Below, in pieces: positions 60,838-64,000 of a stretch of DNA of 64,000 bases; the first letter of the stretch is position 1, and each line of letters starts with the position of its first letter. The position numbers and the translations under genes are program-made. Source of the stretch: Candidatus Marinacidobacterales bacterium (GTDB taxonomy: Bacteria; Acidobacteriota; Vicinamibacteria; Marinacidobacterales; DATDRI01); contig OZ244742.1 in the NCBI GenBank assembly GCA_965219415.1, positions 832,001 to 896,000 of the forward strand, written 5' to 3'. The notes under the pieces were generated by a model that was not told where the DNA came from, made no database searches, and saw only the letters and a program-made list of their open reading frames with translations.

Positions 60838-62628
60838 CTAGACGCGGACGAAAACGCCCTTTTCGTTGCCGAGCTCACGAGCCGAGGGCGTCACGATCGT
60901 GTCCGGTCCGACAGGAAGCTTCCGCTCATCGCCGAGTGCCTGGCGGACGTCTTCCTCGGAAACGAATTCCAAAGCCGCGGTCGGGGCGGCGGGCGATGAG
61001 GACGTCGGGTTCGGGTTTCGTGTGGCCTGAGATGAGTTAGCCGGATTGCCAACCGGCCCGGCAGCAGAGGCGGAGCCACTCGTCAAGTTTGAGGGGTTTG
61101 TCGCGCCTGCCCTGCTTAGCAGGCCGCGACTCGTCAAGTAACCCGCGACTTGCTCCTCAACCGATTCGCCAGATGGAGGGTCCGCCGTGGCCGCTCTCGT
61201 CCTCGGTGCGCCCGCCGAACGACCCCCACTTTCAAACCCATACTCCTTCAACGCCGCCTGCAAATCGACCGGCCGTATCTCGAACGCCAGCCGTTTGATG
61301 TTAATGAGATGCAACGGAGTGATGTTGTCGGAGGTGATGTTGCCACCGTATGCGCCGCAGCCGAGGGTCATCGCCGGCGCCAGCCCAGTGCTGAACCCCA
61401 CCGCCCCGTGCGTTGCGGGAGAGTTGACGATGATGCGGAAGGCGGGTTTCTGAAGACCGAACTCCATGATGATGTCCCGGTTTTGGGAGTGAATGGATAA
61501 CGTGTGTCCCATTCCACCGTAGCGCAGTATTTCCTTCGCCCGCTCGCACCCACCGCGCCAATCTTTGACGACGTAAAACGCCAAGATCGGTGAGAGCTTC
61601 TCGATCGAAAGCGGGTAGTCTCGGCCCACACCTTCGAGCTCCGCCACCAAAACCCTTGTTCCCTGCGGGACCTGGATCTCCGCCTTCTCGGCAATGAACG
61701 TCGCGCTCTTGCCGACAATTTGAGGGTTGGCGAGGCGACTTGGCAGGATTGCGACTCTCTCCACCGCACGCATCTGCTCCGCGGTCAAGAACGCGCCGCC
61801 CTCCGCTACCACCCGTTCCCTAACTTGCTGAGAGATCGCCTCGTCGCAGAGAAGCGCCTGCTCGGAACAACAAAGAGTCCCGTTGTCATAGCTCTTCCCG
61901 TTAATGACGTCCCTCACCGCTTTCACCACGTCCGCCGAGGACTCTATGTACGCGGGCACGTTTCCTGGACCTACTCCGAAGGCGGGCTTTCCCGAGCTGT
62001 AAGCGGCGCGCACCAACCCCATTCCGCCCGTGGCCAGAATGACCGACGTTGCTCGGTTCCTCATGAGCTCCTGGGTGCCCTCGATCGAAACGTGCTCCAT
62101 ACACTCGATGGAGCCTTCGGGCGCGCCGGCAGCGAGCGCCGCCTTACCCATGATTTCGGCAGTGGCACAAATGCAACGCTTGGCCGCCGGGTGAGGTGAC
62201 AGCACGATCGTGTTCCGTGCTTTGAGGCTGATCAGGATCTTGTAGATCGCCGTCGAAGTTGGATTGGTCGAGGGAATGACCGCCGCCACCACGCCGACCG
62301 GCTCCGCAATCTCGTAGAGTTTCTTCTCGGGAACCTCGCGGATCACACCCACGGTCTTCATGTCTTTGATGAAATCGTAAACGTCAACCGCGGCGAACTT
62401 ATTCTTAACGAACTTGTGCTCGATGACACCATATCCGGTCTCTTCCACCGCCAGTTCGGCCAGCTCCAAGGAAGCGTTCGAAGCCGCCTCCGCTGCGGCT
62501 GCAACGATGCGATCGATTCTCTCTTGGGAAAAATGAGCGAGCGTATTCCAGGCCGCTCGCGCCCGGCGCAATAGGGTCCGAGCCTCCTGTAAGGAGAGGA
62601 GGTCTTGGTCTTTCACACTCGTCACCAC
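60838..62628 (-). CDS. CoA-acylating aldehyde dehydrogenase with C-terminal microcompartment-type extensions
   Basis: [51 protein letters not shown]; amphipathic [10 protein letters not shown] and [16 protein letters not shown] tail. Confidence 0.92.
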   Translation of the reverse strand: MVTSVKDQDLLSLQEARTLLRRARAAWNTLAHFSQERIDRIVAAAAEAASNASLELAELAVEETGYGVIEHKFVKNKFAAVDVYDFIKDMKTVGVIREVPEKKLYEIAEPVGVVAAVIPSTNPTSTAIYKILISLKARNTIVLSPHPAAKRCICATAEIMGKAALAAGAPEGSIECMEHVSIEGTQELMRNRATSVILATGGMGLVRAAYSSGKPAFGVGPGNVPAYIESSADVVKAVRDVINGKSYDNGTLCCSEQALLCDEAISQQVRERVVAEGGAFLTAEQMRAVERVAILPSRLANPQIVGKSATFIAEKAEIQVPQGTRVLVAELEGVGRDYPLSIEKLSPILAFYVVKDWRGGCERAKEILRYGGMGHTLSIHSQNRDIIMEFGLQKPAFRIIVNSPATHGAVGFSTGLAPAMTLGCGAYGGNITSDNITPLHLINIKRLAFEIRPVDLQAALKEYGFESGGRSAGAPRTRAATADPPSGESVEEQVAGYLTSRGLLSRAGATNPSNLTSGSASAAGPVGNPANSSQATRNPNPTSSSPAAPTAALEFVSEEDVRQALGDERKLPVGPDTIVTPSARELGNEKGVFVRV

Positions 62629-62669
62629 TTGACAGCCTCCCGAAGGATAGTCACTTCAGTCTCTCGATT

Positions 62670-62774
62670 GCCTCGGGGCTCGCTCCGACATCAGTGCGGC
62701 GGGGCCCCACCACCACCGCCGTCCAGCCGATGGCCCCTCGCGCAGGGTGCACTGAATCCCTCACCACTCTGCTA
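62670..62774 (-). repeat. Copy of the MITE/REP-like repeat family
   Basis: Minus strand TAGCAG..GATTCAGTGCACCCTGCGCGAGG..GGTGGGGCCCCGCCGCA.TGATG..GGAGCGAGCC matches 27967-28094; starts at the BMC-H stop codon. Confidence 0.8.
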
Positions 62775-63062
62775 CACCGGCGGCCGCGGGAGGATCCGTT
62801 CCACTTCACCGGCCGGGGCTGGAATAATGTGGACCGAGACGAGCTCGCCGACTCGTCGCGCCGCTCCAGCTCCAGCGTCCACGGCGGCCTTGACGGCTCC
62901 CACATCTCCGCGCACGAAGACGGTGACTAGCCCCTGCTCGATGTATTCCCGGCCGACAAGTGTGACATTGGCGGTCTTGACCATGGCATCTGCCGCTTCG
63001 ATGGAGCCAACGAGCCCCTTGGTTTCGACCATGCCCAACGCTGCACCAGTTATTTCCATCAT
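62772..63062 (-). CDS. Bacterial microcompartment hexameric shell protein (BMC-H)
   Basis: ALGMVETKG...[30 protein letters not shown]. Confidence 0.95.
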   Translation of the reverse strand: MMEITGAALGMVETKGLVGSIEAADAMVKTANVTLVGREYIEQGLVTVFVRGDVGAVKAAVDAGAGAARRVGELVSVHIIPAPAGEVERILPRPPV

Positions 63063-63165
63063 CTCTCCCTATTGTCGGACGAGCACCCGGCAAGGTCCCT
63101 CGTGGCACTCCACGTTTGGGCCCCCACCCATACCCGAGGCGTCGACCGCGGCAGAGTCCTTGGGC

Positions 63166-63195
63166 TTTATAGCATCGCCCGGAAGAGCCCGTCAA
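63166..63195 (-). promoter_or_regulatory. sigma70-type promoter for BMC-H/aldehyde dehydrogenase
   Basis: TTGACG, 18 nt, TATAAA with TGn. Confidence 0.55.
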
Positions 63196-63356
63196 GGCAT
63201 GACTTAGCCGCGCCCACCGACCCGGGGAATACGCCGAGGAATTGACTCGGAGCCCCGCCTGTGACATAGTCGTGCGCTTGCTTAGCCCCACGGAGCACCT
63301 CCGGGGCCGCCGAAGCACAGAACTCAAACTATTCGTATCAAAGAGGTGAACGCAAG

Positions 63357-64000
63357 ATGAAGGTATTTCAGCATCGGGTTACTCAAATCGTTCTCGCGGG
63401 GGTGGCTACCCTGGCCGCCGCTACCATTCAAGGTTGTCAGGGCAACGGAGGGACCGAAGTCACACCAGTGACTCCGGGGGTCGAGCTCAACAAGCCGCGA
63501 GCGCCGATCGGCAGTCCAATCGAAGTGACGTATCGCTTCGAAGTGGGCTCGGACTTCGAATCCTACCCGCGGGACTACATGGCTTTCGTGCACTTTCTCG
63601 ACTCTCATGATGAGCTTCTATTTACCGACGATCACCAACCTGCGGAGCCAACCAGTTCGTGGAAGGCAGGATCGACCGTCCAATACTCCAGAACCGTTTT
63701 CGTTCCGCTCTACCCCTACCTGGGAACAGCTACTATCGAGATGGGACTCTACGATCCCGAGACCGGCGAACGCGTGGGGCTGAGCGGAACCGATACCGGT
63801 CAATCGGCCTATCAGGTTGGAGAGCTCACTCTTCTCGACCAGAAGGAGAACATCTTCTTGGTCTACAAGGAGGGTTGGCATCCCCTGGAATCCTCACCGG
63901 AAAATCCCGCCATCGAATGGCAATGGACGAAGCAAGAGGCGGTATGCTCTTTCAAGAACCCGAAAGTGGACGCTCTCCTCTACCTGAAGGCGGACACCAA
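63357..64000 (+). CDS. Hypothetical lipoprotein, 3' end outside window
   Basis: Not in ORF track. MKVFQHRV..LAAATIQGC lipobox, FVHFLD...TDDH.P..PT..WK.G..YSRTVFVP; open to the window end; RBS GAGG. Confidence 0.8.
   Translation, partial: MKVFQHRVTQIVLAGVATLAAATIQGCQGNGGTEVTPVTPGVELNKPRAPIGSPIEVTYRFEVGSDFESYPRDYMAFVHFLDSHDELLFTDDHQPAEPTSSWKAGSTVQYSRTVFVPLYPYLGTATIEMGLYDPETGERVGLSGTDTGQSAYQVGELTLLDQKENIFLVYKEGWHPLESSPENPAIEWQWTKQEAVCSFKNPKVDALLYLKADT

Noticed and set aside
1-64000. CRISPR array, rRNA, tRNA, prophage or reverse transcriptase
   Set aside because: No regularly spaced direct repeats, RNA gene signatures or such protein motifs found by eye; not verified computationally.

Overview
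GC-rich bacterial chromosomal window, most consistent with Acidobacteriota (Vicinamibacteria-like gene content and GGTGGGGCCCCGC repeats; taxonomy is inference). It is mostly housekeeping: mreBCD-mrdA-rodA, ppiD, gdhA, lpxD, moeA-moaC, larE, tatA, yhhQ, thyX-like, nnr-tsaE, guaB, secA, comM. There are three insertion sequences: an intact IS256 inside a penicillin-acylase gene, an ISL3 that duplicated a TATAAT -10 box, and a decayed IS256 in comM. Also present are a CTAG-flanked MITE/REP-like repeat family and a two-gene microcompartment satellite (BMC-H plus acylating aldehyde dehydrogenase). The most interesting genes are missing from the ORF track: (1) a leaderless 74-aa glutaredoxin-like protein with two in-frame UGA codons and SECIS-like hairpins (double selenoprotein) upstream of a tandem ThyX; (2) a 57-aa LysW-like zinc-ribbon carrier with an altered C-terminus (GEWGEI), overlapping a CxxC-C type LarE, with no lysX/argX or larABC in the window; (3) a secreted TIMP-like protein at the left edge. 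Several single-base frameshifts and internal deletions could reflect long-read assembly error or genome erosion.
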